The notes: a model not told the origin generated them from the letters alone. Shown: positions 1 to 9,761, counted from the stretch's first letter. The stretch: 64,000 nucleotides of DNA from Chthoniobacterales bacterium (GCA_038207335.1 JBBQZX010000013.1:71813-135812); one strand, 5' to 3'. Numbers and translations: made by a program.

Positions 1-918
1 GTGACTTCTCTCCACTTCACGCTCCCGCCCGAGTCGCCCACCACCCGCCTCGACCACTTCCTCTCCGCGCAACTCCCCACTCATTCCCGCGCCCGCATCC
101 AGACCCTCATCCGCGACGGCCACGTCTGCATCAACGCGGCCCCCGTCACCCGACCCGCGGAAAAACTGCGCGCCGGCGATATGGTCTTTTTCACCGAGCC
201 CGACGCCGTCCCGATCGACACCCAGCCCGAGGACATCGCGCTCGACGTCCTCTTCGAAGACCCCGACCTTATCGTCCTCAATAAACCCGCCGGCATCGTC
301 GTCCACCCCGCTGCGGGCAATTGGGACGGCACCCTCGTCAACGCCCTCCTGCACCACTGCGGCACCCTTTCCGCCATCGGCGGTGAACAACGTCCCGGCA
401 TCGTCCATCGCCTCGACAAAGAAACCAGCGGCTGCCTCGTCGCCGCAAAAAACGACCTCGCGCACCAGAGCCTCTCCGCGCAATTCGCCGGACGCGAGAT
501 CGTGAAAATCTACCTCGCTCTCGCGTCAGGCCACTTCGAGAAGAAGAGCGGCGTCATCGAGGCCGCGATCGGACGCCACCCCGTCGATCGCAAAAAAATG
601 ACTGTGCTCGAAAAGGGCCGCGCCGCCCGCACCGACTACCGCGTCCTCCGCGAGATTGGCACCGACTCCCTCGTCGAATGCACCCTCCACACCGGCCGCA
701 CGCACCAAATCCGCGTCCACCTCAAGCACCTCAGCCACCCGCTACTCGGCGACGCCGTCTATGGACGCCGCGGCCATTTCGAGCGCCAAATGCTCCATGC
801 CTGGCAACTCGGCTTCACCCATCCGCGCTCAGGCGACCGCCTGAAATTCCAAGCCCCGATCCCCGCCGACTTCATCGCCGCAGGCGTTAGCAGTTCAGAG
901 TTGAAAGTTGAGAGTTGA
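1..918 (+). CDS. rluD: RluA/RluD-family 23S rRNA pseudouridine synthase with N-terminal S4 domain
   Basis: S4 motif (RLDHFL...SRARIQTLI), NKPAG, GIVHRLDKETSG catalytic motif, TGRTHQIRVH, QMLHA; GTG start at window edge. Confidence 0.93.
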   Translation: MTSLHFTLPPESPTTRLDHFLSAQLPTHSRARIQTLIRDGHVCINAAPVTRPAEKLRAGDMVFFTEPDAVPIDTQPEDIALDVLFEDPDLIVLNKPAGIVVHPAAGNWDGTLVNALLHHCGTLSAIGGEQRPGIVHRLDKETSGCLVAAKNDLAHQSLSAQFAGREIVKIYLALASGHFEKKSGVIEAAIGRHPVDRKKMTVLEKGRAARTDYRVLREIGTDSLVECTLHTGRTHQIRVHLKHLSHPLLGDAVYGRRGHFERQMLHAWQLGFTHPRSGDRLKFQAPIPADFIAAGVSSSELKVES

Positions 919-971
919 GCGACGGAAATGGCGTGCTCCGCGCTCTTAACTCTCAACCGAAAACGCTCAAC
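886..971. repeat. Inverted pair of degenerate heptamer tandem repeats (GTTGAGA-like x5, then TCTCAAC-like x4)
   Basis: gttagca/gttcaga/gttgaaa/gttgaga/gttgagc at 886-920; tcttaac/tctcaac/cgaaaac/gctcaac at 944-971. Confidence 0.75.
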
Positions 972-976
972 CCGGT

Positions 977-1855
977 ATGCCATTCCCCGACGCCCTCGAA
1001 CTCGTCCACACTGCGCTCCGCGACCTGCGCGACAGCGGCGCCGAACTGCGCGCCGACCGCGACGCACTCGCCCGGCTCGCGCAGTTCCGCACTGCTCCGG
1101 CTCCTGTGGAAAAGCCCGCGCCCGCCGAGCCGCGGCCTGCTTTCAAAATCGAGTCGCCAGTCCGTACCGCAGCGCCTCCTCCGGCACCGCTGACGAAGAT
1201 AGAGTTCGCGCACATTGCCGTTCCTGTCGGCGGGAGCAAAGCCGAGCAACTTGCCGCTATACAAGGCCCAGCCTTGATCTGCACGCGATGTCCTCACCTC
1301 GCCGCGACGCGGACGCAGGTCGTCTTTGGCGTCGGAAATCCCGAGGCGGAGCTGATGTTCGTCGGCGAGGCGCCGGGTGCGGACGAGGATTTGCAAGGCG
1401 AGCCTTTCGTCGGAAAAGCTGGTCAACTCCTCACGAAAATCATCGAGGCGATGAGTTTCAAACGCGCCGAGATCTACATCGCGAATGTCCTCAAATGCCG
1501 GCCCGACATGCCTTCTGGCGACTCGGGAAATCGCAAACCACGGCGCGACGAAATGGCGACATGCCTTCCGTATTTGCAGCAGCAAATCGAGATCATCCGC
1601 CCGCGCGCTCTCGTCGCGCTCGGCGCCGTCGCGATGGAGGGATTGCTCGGCGAAACCCAGCCAATGGCGCGGCTGCGCGGACGCTGGCACGAGTTCGCCG
1701 GCATCCCTCTCATGGCCACCTACCACCCCGCATACCTCCTGCGAAACCAATCGCTCACCGAAAAACGAAAGGTCTGGGAAGACATGCTGCTCGTCCTCGA
1801 GCGTCTCGACAAACCGATCTCCAACAAGCAGCGCAATTATTTCCTGCGCGGCTGA
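977..1855 (+). CDS. Uracil-DNA glycosylase, family 4 (4Fe-4S)
   Basis: [42 protein letters not shown] motifs; Pro/Ala-rich N-terminal linker. Confidence 0.93.
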   Translation: MPFPDALELVHTALRDLRDSGAELRADRDALARLAQFRTAPAPVEKPAPAEPRPAFKIESPVRTAAPPPAPLTKIEFAHIAVPVGGSKAEQLAAIQGPALICTRCPHLAATRTQVVFGVGNPEAELMFVGEAPGADEDLQGEPFVGKAGQLLTKIIEAMSFKRAEIYIANVLKCRPDMPSGDSGNRKPRRDEMATCLPYLQQQIEIIRPRALVALGAVAMEGLLGETQPMARLRGRWHEFAGIPLMATYHPAYLLRNQSLTEKRKVWEDMLLVLERLDKPISNKQRNYFLRG

Positions 1856-1982
1856 CGCCCGCTCAAAGGCCCGACCTCGACCAACTCCAAAACTCTTTGC
1901 CGTCCGAGAGCACGCGCGCATAATAGCCTCCTGACGGTGCCACCGCACGTCTCGGCGCCGCTTCCATTCCGACGTCCGCAAA

Positions 1983-2056
1983 GCGCCCGTAGCTCAGCTG
2001 GATAGAGCATCGGATTTCTAATCCGACGGTCGTGGGTTCAAATCCCGCCGGGCGCA
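1983..2056 (+). tRNA. tRNA-Arg, anticodon TCT (CCA not encoded)
   Basis: Acceptor GCGCCCG/CGGGCGC, D-arm GCTC-AGCTGGATA-GAGC, anticodon arm TCGGA-TT-TCT-AA-TCCGA, T-loop GTTCAAATC. Confidence 0.96.
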
Positions 2057-2066
2057 CTCCTCTCGA

Positions 2067-2927
2067 TCAGGCGAGAGCATTCCAGCCACTGAGGAAGGCG
2101 TCGATTAGCAGGGGGAGATCGTCGCTGTAGCCGCCTTCGAGGATGGCGGTGCTGGGGATCGCCGACTGCGCCATCCATTCTCCGCACGCGCGGTAGTCTT
2201 CGATGCCGAACGAAAGTGAGCAAAGCGGGTCGCGCATGTAGCCATCGAAGCCGGCGGAGACCAGGATGAGTTGAGGATCAAATTCCAGCGCGCACTCCCA
2301 GGACTGGCGCAGCACGGCGGATTGCCAGGCGTGGTCAGATTCGGCCGAGAGAGGGAAGTTGAAGCTGTTCCCGCGCGTCTGGGTGCCGGTGCCGGGATAC
2401 GCCGGGTGTTCATGCACCGAGACGTAGCGGAGCTGCGCGTGGCCTTCGCAGATGGCTTCGGTTCCGTTGCCATGATGCGCGTCGAAATCCCAAATGGAGA
2501 CGCGCGCGATGCCGCTGGCGAGAGCGTCGAGCGCCGCGATGGCGATGGAATTCAAATAGCAGAAACCCATCGCTTGCTCCCGCGTCGCGTGGTGACCAGG
2601 TGGCCGCATCAACGCGAAAGCCCGCTGGCCTCGCAGAGCCAGTCGGGCGCAGTCCATCGCGGCGCCGGCCGATCTCGCGGCGTGGTCGGAAATTCCGTCG
2701 TAGAAAGGCGTATCTGCATCGAACGCCTCCGCTACAAGCAAGCGCGCGAGGTGCCGCTCCGAGTGCGCGCGGAGAAGCGCCTCGCGCTCCGCCGCCGCCG
2801 GCGTTTGCCCCTCCCATTCGGGATGTGTCCGCCGCAGGTGCTCAGCCGTCCGAGTGACCCGTTCGGGCCTCTCGGGATGCCCGGTCGTGCCGTAGCTCGC
2901 GCAGCGTTCGTCGTAGAGAATCGTCAT
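2067..2927 (-). CDS. Histone deacetylase / acetoin-utilization AcuC-family amidohydrolase
   Basis: HPERPER, RPPGHHA, GFCYLN, DFDAHHGNGT, SAGFD, LEGGY; start placed at MTILYD. Confidence 0.92.
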   Translation of the reverse strand: MTILYDERCASYGTTGHPERPERVTRTAEHLRRTHPEWEGQTPAAAEREALLRAHSERHLARLLVAEAFDADTPFYDGISDHAARSAGAAMDCARLALRGQRAFALMRPPGHHATREQAMGFCYLNSIAIAALDALASGIARVSIWDFDAHHGNGTEAICEGHAQLRYVSVHEHPAYPGTGTQTRGNSFNFPLSAESDHAWQSAVLRQSWECALEFDPQLILVSAGFDGYMRDPLCSLSFGIEDYRACGEWMAQSAIPSTAILEGGYSDDLPLLIDAFLSGWNALA

Positions 2928-3150
2928 ATCCAGAAGATCGCAGCTCCCGGCCACGCGAGCGCCGCGTCCTCCGGCAGCGACGCCGCACTCTGCCGGTTTG
3001 CTGCTGCTGGATCGCTCATCGCGCTCCTTTCCCGACTGGAAGATCGCCCGCCCATCGCGATGTCCGCCATCGTCCGGTTGGAGAGGTTCGTAGCTGACAT
3101 TCGTGGAGGGTAAAAAATCGCATCGGCACAAACAGGAACCTCACGCGCTG

Positions 3151-3729
3151 CTAAGCGTCGATGTGGAAGTCGCCCTGCAGCCTTTGCAGTTTCTCTTTTT
3201 CCGAGGGAGGCAGCTCGCAGGCGTCGCGGATGAACTTCGCGCGCTCCTGTGGAGTCATGCCATCGATCTTGCTGACGAAATCCAGGATCTCTTTGTTGAG
3301 TTCGTGAAAGCGCATGAACTGCCGCTGCTGGAGCGCCACTCGGGCCTCCGCGGTCTTGGACTCATATTCCGATTCACCGATCGAAATGAGGGAAAGCGTC
3401 TTCGGGTCGTTGACGAATTTCTGCTTCAATCCCTCCAGCATTGCATGGCCACGCTGGTAGCGTCCCTCGAGGGTCGCCAGCAATTCGCGGGTGGAAGTCT
3501 CAGCTTGGGCGCTTTTGAGATAACCCTCGTAGGCGCTGAGACCGAGCGCCAGGACCGCGAAGGCAAAAGTCAGGATGAGGAAGATGATGAAAAGGCGATA
3601 CCGCTGGTCGCGCGTGAGGGACGCGAAGGCGGGGAGCTTTAGCCAGTTTTTGTAGAGTCCGTAGAAGACGAAGGCTCCGACGCCGGCGATGCCCGTGACA
3701 CTGACCACGATTTTCCAGAAGGCTTCCAT
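3151..3729 (-). CDS. Hypothetical membrane protein (two N-terminal TM helices, helical C-terminal domain)
   Basis: 192-aa ORF with two hydrophobic segments then a charged helical region; no family recognised. Confidence 0.7.
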   Translation of the reverse strand: MEAFWKIVVSVTGIAGVGAFVFYGLYKNWLKLPAFASLTRDQRYRLFIIFLILTFAFAVLALGLSAYEGYLKSAQAETSTRELLATLEGRYQRGHAMLEGLKQKFVNDPKTLSLISIGESEYESKTAEARVALQQRQFMRFHELNKEILDFVSKIDGMTPQERAKFIRDACELPPSEKEKLQRLQGDFHIDA

Positions 3730-3840
3730 GGCCGGAGGAGAGCAATTTTGGCGGAGGAATTCAAGCTCGCGGGATGGGGAAGACGGGGGCGTGGTTTGAG
3801 GTTGATGGGGAGGGGTGCCGCGGGGGATAAGGGCGGCGAG

Positions 3841-4575
3841 ATGTCCGATACTTTGCTGCTTTCACAGAAACCGATCGCCGCGCGGGATCGGCTGATTTTC
3901 GCGCTGGATGTGCCGACGAAGGCGGAGGCTTTGGAATGGGTGGAGCGGCTGGGAGAGGCGGTGACTTTTTACAAGCTGGGGTTGGAGTTCTGCATGAGCG
4001 GGAGTTATTTCGAGGTGATGGAGGAGCTGGTGGCGCGGGGGAAGAAGGTGTTTGCGGACCTGAAGTTTTCCGATGTGCCGGCGACGGTGCGCGGGGCGGT
4101 GGCGGCGCTGGCGGGGCATGGCGCGACGTATTGCACGCTGCATGGGACGAGTGGGGTGTATCGCGAGGTGGTGCCGGTGCGCGGGGCGATGAAGCTGCTC
4201 GCGGTGACCGTGCTGACGAGTGTGGATGCGGCGGAGGTGGCGGAGATGGGCTGGAGCGGGCCGGTGGAGGAGCTGGTGTCGCGGCGCGCGCGGGCGGCGG
4301 TGGAGGCGGGGGTGGATGGGCTGATTTGCTCGGGGCTGGAGGCGGGGCGGCTGCGGCGGGAGCTGGGGACGTTACCGGTGATTATCACGCCGGGGATTCG
4401 CGCGGCGGAGGAGCGGGGAGGGGATGACCAGAAGCGGACGATGACTTTGGCGGAGGCGTTCGGGGCGGGGGCGGATCATGTGGTCGTCGGCCGCCCGATC
4501 CGACGGGCAAAGGATCCGCGGGCGGCGGCGGAGGTGATGCAGGCGGAAATCGCGGGGATCTTTCCGGCGCGCTGA
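3841..4575 (+). CDS. pyrF: Orotidine-5'-phosphate decarboxylase
   Basis: IFALD, YKLG, DLKFSD (D-x-K-x-x-D), AVTVLTS, TPGIR, DDQKR, VVGRPI. Confidence 0.93.
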   Translation: MSDTLLLSQKPIAARDRLIFALDVPTKAEALEWVERLGEAVTFYKLGLEFCMSGSYFEVMEELVARGKKVFADLKFSDVPATVRGAVAALAGHGATYCTLHGTSGVYREVVPVRGAMKLLAVTVLTSVDAAEVAEMGWSGPVEELVSRRARAAVEAGVDGLICSGLEAGRLRRELGTLPVIITPGIRAAEERGGDDQKRTMTLAEAFGAGADHVVVGRPIRRAKDPRAAAEVMQAEIAGIFPAR

Positions 4576-4580
4576 GGTGC

Positions 4581-5483
4581 TCAGCTTTCGCCCGCCGGCT
4601 CGATGTGGACGAGCACGTCGGCGACGTCCGGGTTGGCATCGCGGATCGCGTCTTTGACGTCGTGCGCGATGCGGTGGCCTTCGCGGACGGTGAGCTCCGG
4701 CGCGACGGCGACGTGGATGTCCACGTAGAACTCCAGGCCCATCTTTCGCACGCGGCATTTCTCCAGCTCGACCACTCCGGGCACGACTGCGGCGGCGGCG
4801 CGGATGCTGTCCTCGAACTCCTTCGGCGGGGCGGAATCCATCACCTCGTGGAGCGCGGGGCGGAGGAGGCGCAGGCCATTCCACGCGATGAGCGCGCAGG
4901 CGAAAAGCGCCGCCCAGTCATCCGCCTGCTCCCATCCGGGACCGCCGATCAGAGCGATGCTGATGCCGATGAATGCAGCGCTGGACGTGATCGCATCGGC
5001 GCGGTGATGCCACGCGTCCGTCTTCACCGCGGCGCTGCCCATCGCATCGCCCGCGTGCAGCACTTTGCGAAAGAGCGTCTCTTTCACCATGACGACGACG
5101 ACGAGCACGAGCAGCGTGAACGGCGCGGGCGCGTGGTGCGGCGTCACGATCTCGCGCACGCTCTCCGCGGCGAGGCCGATGGCTGCGAGGACGACCGCGA
5201 TCGAGACGACGACAGCGGCGATGGGCTCGGCTTTTCCGTGGCCGTAGGGGTGCTCGTCGTCGGGGGGTGCGGCGGCGAGTTTCAGGCCGGCCCAGATGAT
5301 GAGTGAGGAGAAAATATCGAGCGCGGATTCGATGCCGTCGGCGATGAGGGCGTAGGAGTTGCCGATCACGCCGGAGACGATCTTGATGATCGAAAGCGCG
5401 ACGTTGATGAACACGCCGAGCAGCGCAAACCGCGCGCCGGACTCGAGCCGGCGTTGGATTGTGAGGCGGGCGGTGGCGGGCAT
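4581..5483 (-). CDS. Cation diffusion facilitator (CDF) family transporter
   Basis: SYALIADGIES, HPYGHGKAE, DAWHHRAD, C-terminal VLVHIEP dimerisation domain. Confidence 0.92.
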   Translation of the reverse strand: MPATARLTIQRRLESGARFALLGVFINVALSIIKIVSGVIGNSYALIADGIESALDIFSSLIIWAGLKLAAAPPDDEHPYGHGKAEPIAAVVVSIAVVLAAIGLAAESVREIVTPHHAPAPFTLLVLVVVVMVKETLFRKVLHAGDAMGSAAVKTDAWHHRADAITSSAAFIGISIALIGGPGWEQADDWAALFACALIAWNGLRLLRPALHEVMDSAPPKEFEDSIRAAAAVVPGVVELEKCRVRKMGLEFYVDIHVAVAPELTVREGHRIAHDVKDAIRDANPDVADVLVHIEPAGES

Positions 5484-5564
5484 CGCGCATTTGAAACACG
5501 AAGCCGCGAAGGCGCGAAGCGGAATGCGATTTCCCGCGTGGCGACTCTCGGCTAAAGAGCATGC

Positions 5565-6224
5565 ATGTCCGACATTCTCGACCTCCCGCAGCCGCGCAAT
5601 CACAAGCGCCTCTTCTTCGTGCTCGCGGTCGTCGCCGCGTTGCTCGTTGCGGGCGGTGTCGCGGGCGCGATGTGGTGGGCAAAGTGGAATCGCCTCGGCC
5701 CCATCGCGCCCAGCGGCGGCTTGTATTTCTTCCGCCGCGTCGAGTTGCCCGTGCCTTCCTTCCGCCAGGGCGATCCGCGCTGGGCCGATGACCTCCTCGG
5801 CCCCACGGACAACACCATCGGCGCGGAGGGATGCGCCATTTCCTCCACTGCCATGGTCCTCAGCTACTACGGCATCGACACCGACCCGCAGCGCCTCAAC
5901 GCCTTCCTCAACGACCACGACGGCTACACTCCGCAGGGCTGGCTCTACTGGGAAGCCGCCGCCACGCTCGCCCCGGACCGAGTCCGCCACGTCTATGAGG
6001 ACCTCCCATCCTACCGCCTCATCGACACCAATCTCCGCCGCGGCAACCCCGTCATCATCCGCCTCCGCTTCCCCAGCGGTGTCACGCACTTCGTCGTCAT
6101 CGCGGGCAAGAGCGGCTTCGACTACCTCACGCAGGACCCTGGCGCTGGCGCGAAAAAGGGCATCTATCCGCTGCGCCAGCTTACCGACAAAATCGAGGCC
6201 CTGCGGTTCTACGAAAAACTCTAG
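5565..6224 (+). CDS. Membrane-anchored C39-like (papain-fold) peptidase
   Basis: N-terminal TM; Q-x-D-P-R-W, GCAISS (catalytic Cys), HFVVI, DP. Confidence 0.78.
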   Translation: MSDILDLPQPRNHKRLFFVLAVVAALLVAGGVAGAMWWAKWNRLGPIAPSGGLYFFRRVELPVPSFRQGDPRWADDLLGPTDNTIGAEGCAISSTAMVLSYYGIDTDPQRLNAFLNDHDGYTPQGWLYWEAAATLAPDRVRHVYEDLPSYRLIDTNLRRGNPVIIRLRFPSGVTHFVVIAGKSGFDYLTQDPGAGAKKGIYPLRQLTDKIEALRFYEKL

Positions 6225-6311
6225 CCCCAACTTTCCGCGCGACATCCCCGCGCCGGCCGCGCTACCCTCCGCGCCTCGCATGGCAGCCCGCCGCTCTCTT
6301 CTTTCCCGTTG

Positions 6312-8024
6312 ATGGTCGCACTTGCGCGCCAGCTCCAGCGGCTTCCCGAGTCCACCCGCTCGATTCTCCTCACCGCCATCTACGGCCTCGTCGGCGGGCT
6401 CGCCGCAGTCGGCTTTGAGATCGGCATCAATCTCATCTACGCCAACACCTTCGTCCGCCTCTCGGCGTACTCCCCGGCCACCTTCGTCATCGGCTCCTTC
6501 GTCATCGTCGTCGGCTGCTCCGTCGCCGGCGCGTGGCTCCTCACCCGCTTCTGCCGCGAGGCCGCGGGCAGCGGCATTCCCCAGTTAAAGTTCGCCTTCT
6601 GGCAGGACTTCGGCCACGTCCCCATCAAGACAGTCTGGGTCAAATTCCTCGCCGGACTCCTCCACGTCGGCGGCGGCATGAGCCTCGGGCGTGAGGGCCC
6701 CAGCATCCACATCGCGGGCGGTGCCGCCTCGCAAGTCGCCGGCGCCCTCGGCGTCCCGAAGCAACGCCGGCGCCAGCCTGCCGCCGCCGGGGCCGCCGCC
6801 GGCCTTGCCGCCGCCTTCAACACCCCGCTCGCCGCCATCACCTTCGTCCTCGAGGAGATCGTCCAGAATCTCAACAGCCCCCTCGTCGGCAGCATCATCC
6901 TCGCCTCCGTCATCGGCGCCTTCATGGTCCACGCCATCATCGGCAGCCATCCGGCATTCGTCCTCCCGCAGATCGAGCACTCCACCTGGCGCGCGTATGT
7001 CTTCGTCCCGATCGCCTCCGCCTTTGCCGCCCTCGTCGGCATCGGCTTTGGAAAGGCCACGCTCTGGCTGAAGCGCACGGCCCGGGGGTGGACGAAGCTC
7101 CCCGCGCTTTTCCACCCGCTCATCGGCGGCCTCACCGTCTGGGCGCTCGGGGTCGCCGTCTTTCTGTGGAGCGGACGCCTCGGCGTCTTCGGGCTCGGTT
7201 ACGACGACCTCACCGCCGTCCTAAACGGCCAGCTCATCTGGCAGCTCGTCCTCGCCCTGCTGGTCGCCAAATGGATCGCCACCACCGTCTGCTACGGCAG
7301 CGGCGGCTGCGGCGGCATCTTCGCGCCGTGTCTCTTCCTCGGCGCCACCGCAGGCGCGGTCATCGCCAGCGGCGCCGCCCCGCTCCTCACCCTGGGCCTC
7401 GATGACCGCACCCTCCTTGCTGTCGTAGGCATGAGCGCCTGCCTCAGCGCCGTCGTCCGCGCGCCCTTCACCAGCATCCTCATCGTCTTCGAGATGACCC
7501 ACCAGTTCGAGCTCGTCCCTGCGCTCATGCTCGGCGCCCTCGTCAGCGAAGCCATCTCGCGCCTCTTCTCCCAGCACAACTTCTACGACGACGTCCTCAC
7601 CCAGGACGGCATCGTCCTCGTCCACGTCATCCCCCCGCGCGACCTCCGCTCCTGGCAGGCCTACCCCGTCTCCGCCATCGCGAATTTCCGCCCCGTCTTC
7701 CTCACCAGCTACGACCCCGCGCACCTCCAGGCCACGCTCGACGCCTCGCAGTTCCAGCGCTTCCCCTTCATTGAAAATGGCACCCTGATCGGCGCTGTCA
7801 CCCGGCTCGAAGTCGCCGAGGCCCTCGGCGTCGGGCGTCCGCCGCTCCTCGAGACAATCGTGACCTGCCGCCGCGCGCAGACCATCGGCGAAGTCGCGCG
7901 GCTCCTCATCGAGAGCCCCCTCGGCCTCGCCGTCGTTGTAGCCGAGGAGAAGCCCGTGGGCATCGTGACCCTCCATGACCTCCTCCGCGCCCAGGAGAGC
8001 CTCGCGGGCCGCAGCGAGCAGTAA
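6312..8024 (+). CDS. ClC chloride channel / H+:Cl- antiporter with C-terminal CBS domains
   Basis: GSGIP, GREGP, AAAFNTP, GGIFAP, VRAPFT; CBS-like C-terminus (GIVTLHDLL). Confidence 0.93.
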   Translation: MVALARQLQRLPESTRSILLTAIYGLVGGLAAVGFEIGINLIYANTFVRLSAYSPATFVIGSFVIVVGCSVAGAWLLTRFCREAAGSGIPQLKFAFWQDFGHVPIKTVWVKFLAGLLHVGGGMSLGREGPSIHIAGGAASQVAGALGVPKQRRRQPAAAGAAAGLAAAFNTPLAAITFVLEEIVQNLNSPLVGSIILASVIGAFMVHAIIGSHPAFVLPQIEHSTWRAYVFVPIASAFAALVGIGFGKATLWLKRTARGWTKLPALFHPLIGGLTVWALGVAVFLWSGRLGVFGLGYDDLTAVLNGQLIWQLVLALLVAKWIATTVCYGSGGCGGIFAPCLFLGATAGAVIASGAAPLLTLGLDDRTLLAVVGMSACLSAVVRAPFTSILIVFEMTHQFELVPALMLGALVSEAISRLFSQHNFYDDVLTQDGIVLVHVIPPRDLRSWQAYPVSAIANFRPVFLTSYDPAHLQATLDASQFQRFPFIENGTLIGAVTRLEVAEALGVGRPPLLETIVTCRRAQTIGEVARLLIESPLGLAVVVAEEKPVGIVTLHDLLRAQESLAGRSEQ

Positions 8025-8065
8025 GGGGACAGCGCGTCCGCCGAGAAAGTCGCCGCCCGGCCCAC

Positions 8066-8088
8066 GGCGGCCAGGATGGCCGCCCTAC
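8066..8088 (-). repeat. GTAG-type REP-like palindrome
   Basis: Minus strand reads GTAG-GGCGGCCA-TCC-TGGCCGCC. Confidence 0.6.
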
Positions 8089-8150
8089 AGCTTGCACTGC
8101 GGCGACCTTCGACGCCCGGGGACTCTCCGAGAAAAGCGGCCTGCGCGGGT

Positions 8151-8368
8151 GGGCAACGGTCGGACGCGGGACGTCAATGGCGGGACGCGGGAAGCGAGGG
8201 GTGGTACGCCGGAAGGCAAGCGTTGAATGCCGAAAGGCAGGCGTCGCGCGCATGAGATGGGCCGTTGAACGCCGGAAGGCAGGCGTTGTACGCCGGACGG
8301 CAATGGTGGCGTGATTGCCGGCAATGGCCGGACGCCGGAAGGCAATCGTGGGACGCCGGAAGGCAGGC
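8151..8368. repeat. Degenerate 21-bp tandem array, about 10 units (core ACGCCGGAAGGCA)
   Basis: Units start at 8151, 8172, 8193, 8214, 8235, 8256, 8277, 8298, 8319, 8340 with exact 21-bp period. Confidence 0.85.
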
Positions 8369-8386
8369 AAAGGATATTGTGTGCCA

Positions 8387-8486
8387 GTGGATGGCGTCGC
8401 TCCGCGCGCCATGCGTATCACCGCGCGATAGCGCCACTCTGAAAGTATGGCCTTCGGCGAGGTGAACGCATGGCGACGCCATCCAC
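8387..8486. repeat. Inverted REP-like doublet (GTGG-ATGGCG...CGCCAT units)
   Basis: GTGGATGGCGTCGC 8387-8400 is the exact reverse complement of GCGACGCCATCCAC 8473-8486; an inner imperfect IR is also present. Confidence 0.65.
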
Positions 8487-8561
8487 CATGCGCTGGCTAG
8501 ACTCGATGCCAGCGGTGGGCATGCCAGCGGAAGCGGTGGCGTGCCGGGGGTGCCGCTGGTG

Positions 8562-9749
8562 CTATTTTCGCCCCGCCCGCACGTCCATCCAGACGGCGAG
8601 GATGAGGACGAGGCCGCGGGCGATGTATTTTTTTTCGGGCTCGACGGCTAAGAGGGTCATGCCGTTGAGGAGGGTGGCCATGATGAGGGCCCCGGCGAGG
8701 ACGCCAAGGACGCTGCCGCGCCCGCCTTTGAGGCTGACACCGCCGATGACGCACGCGGCGACGGCGTCGAGCTCCATGAGGTCGCCGGTGGTGGTGGTGC
8801 TGGCTCCGGCGTAGGCGGTCTGGAGGTATCCGGTGAGGGCGACGATGGCGCCCATGCAGCCAAAGGCGCAGATGGTGATGCGCTGGATGGGGATGCCGGA
8901 GATGAGGGCGGCTTCTTCGCTGCCGCCGATGGCGTAGAGGTATCGTCCAAAAGGGGTGTATCGGGTGAGGACGTATGCGGCGGTGGCGACGGCGGCAAGG
9001 AGGAGGGCGGGGAGGGGGATGCCGCGGTATCGCGAGGTGAGGACGGTGAAAAGGAGGATGAGTTGGGCGGCGATGAAGAGGCGGAGGAGGGCGGGCTCGA
9101 GGGGGGGGGCGGCAGGACGAGGGGCTGCGATGCGGAGGGTGTCAGGGTGGCGGTCGGGGCTGGACGGGTCGGGGCCGGATGTGTGGCTGGCTGAGCGGAT
9201 GATTTTTACCCCGCGCCAGAGGAGGGCTGCGATGAGGAGGGCGGCGAGGAGCCAGCCGGCGAGGGGGGGGAGGTAGTAGGTAGTGAGGAGGGAGTAGAGA
9301 TTGGACTGGCCGCCGGGGACGATGGGGATGGTGTGGTTGTCGATGATGAGCCAGAAGAGGCCCTTGAAGACGAGGAGGCCTCCGAGGGTGATGATGAATG
9401 CAGGGATGCGCTGGCGGACGATGAGGGTGCCCATGGCGAGCCAGAGCACGAGGGCGGCGGCGATGCCAAGGAGCATGGCGACAGGCGCGGGCCAGTCGTG
9501 CCGCGTGATGAGGACGGCCGCGATGCCGCCGATGAGGCCGACGCCGCTGCCTGCGCTGAGGTCGATGTGCCCGGGGAGGATGACGAGCAACATGCCGACC
9601 GCGAGGATGGCGGTGATGGAGAAGTCGATGGTGAGGAGGGAGAGGTTGCGCGGGGAGATAAAGCCGAATGCGGGGACCTTCAGAGTGAAGAAGGCGGCGA
9701 GGGCGAGGAGGGCGAGGAGGAGTGAGAGGTCGCGGAGACGGGTGGACAT
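8562..9749 (-). CDS. xylH: Sugar (xylose-type, CUT2) ABC transporter permease
   Basis: GHIDLSAGS, IPAFIITLGG, FGRYLYAIGG, ELDAVAACVIGG. Confidence 0.85.
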   Translation of the reverse strand: MSTRLRDLSLLLALLALAAFFTLKVPAFGFISPRNLSLLTIDFSITAILAVGMLLVILPGHIDLSAGSGVGLIGGIAAVLITRHDWPAPVAMLLGIAAALVLWLAMGTLIVRQRIPAFIITLGGLLVFKGLFWLIIDNHTIPIVPGGQSNLYSLLTTYYLPPLAGWLLAALLIAALLWRGVKIIRSASHTSGPDPSSPDRHPDTLRIAAPRPAAPPLEPALLRLFIAAQLILLFTVLTSRYRGIPLPALLLAAVATAAYVLTRYTPFGRYLYAIGGSEEAALISGIPIQRITICAFGCMGAIVALTGYLQTAYAGASTTTTGDLMELDAVAACVIGGVSLKGGRGSVLGVLAGALIMATLLNGMTLLAVEPEKKYIARGLVLILAVWMDVRAGRK

Positions 9750-9761
9750 GATGTGGGAGGG

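Noticed and set aside
1983..3729. Prophage or island integrated at tRNA-Arg
   Set aside because: No adjacent integrase, and I found no duplicate of the tRNA 3' end in the window by eye
8151..8368. Possible CRISPR array
   Set aside because: The period is only 21 bp with no unique spacers, the units are degenerate, and no cas genes are nearby
7906..8421. 171-aa minus-strand ORF with heptad repeats as a real gene
   Set aside because: It overlaps the ClC gene antisense, and a 21-bp GC-rich repeat keeps frames open trivially; left uncalled
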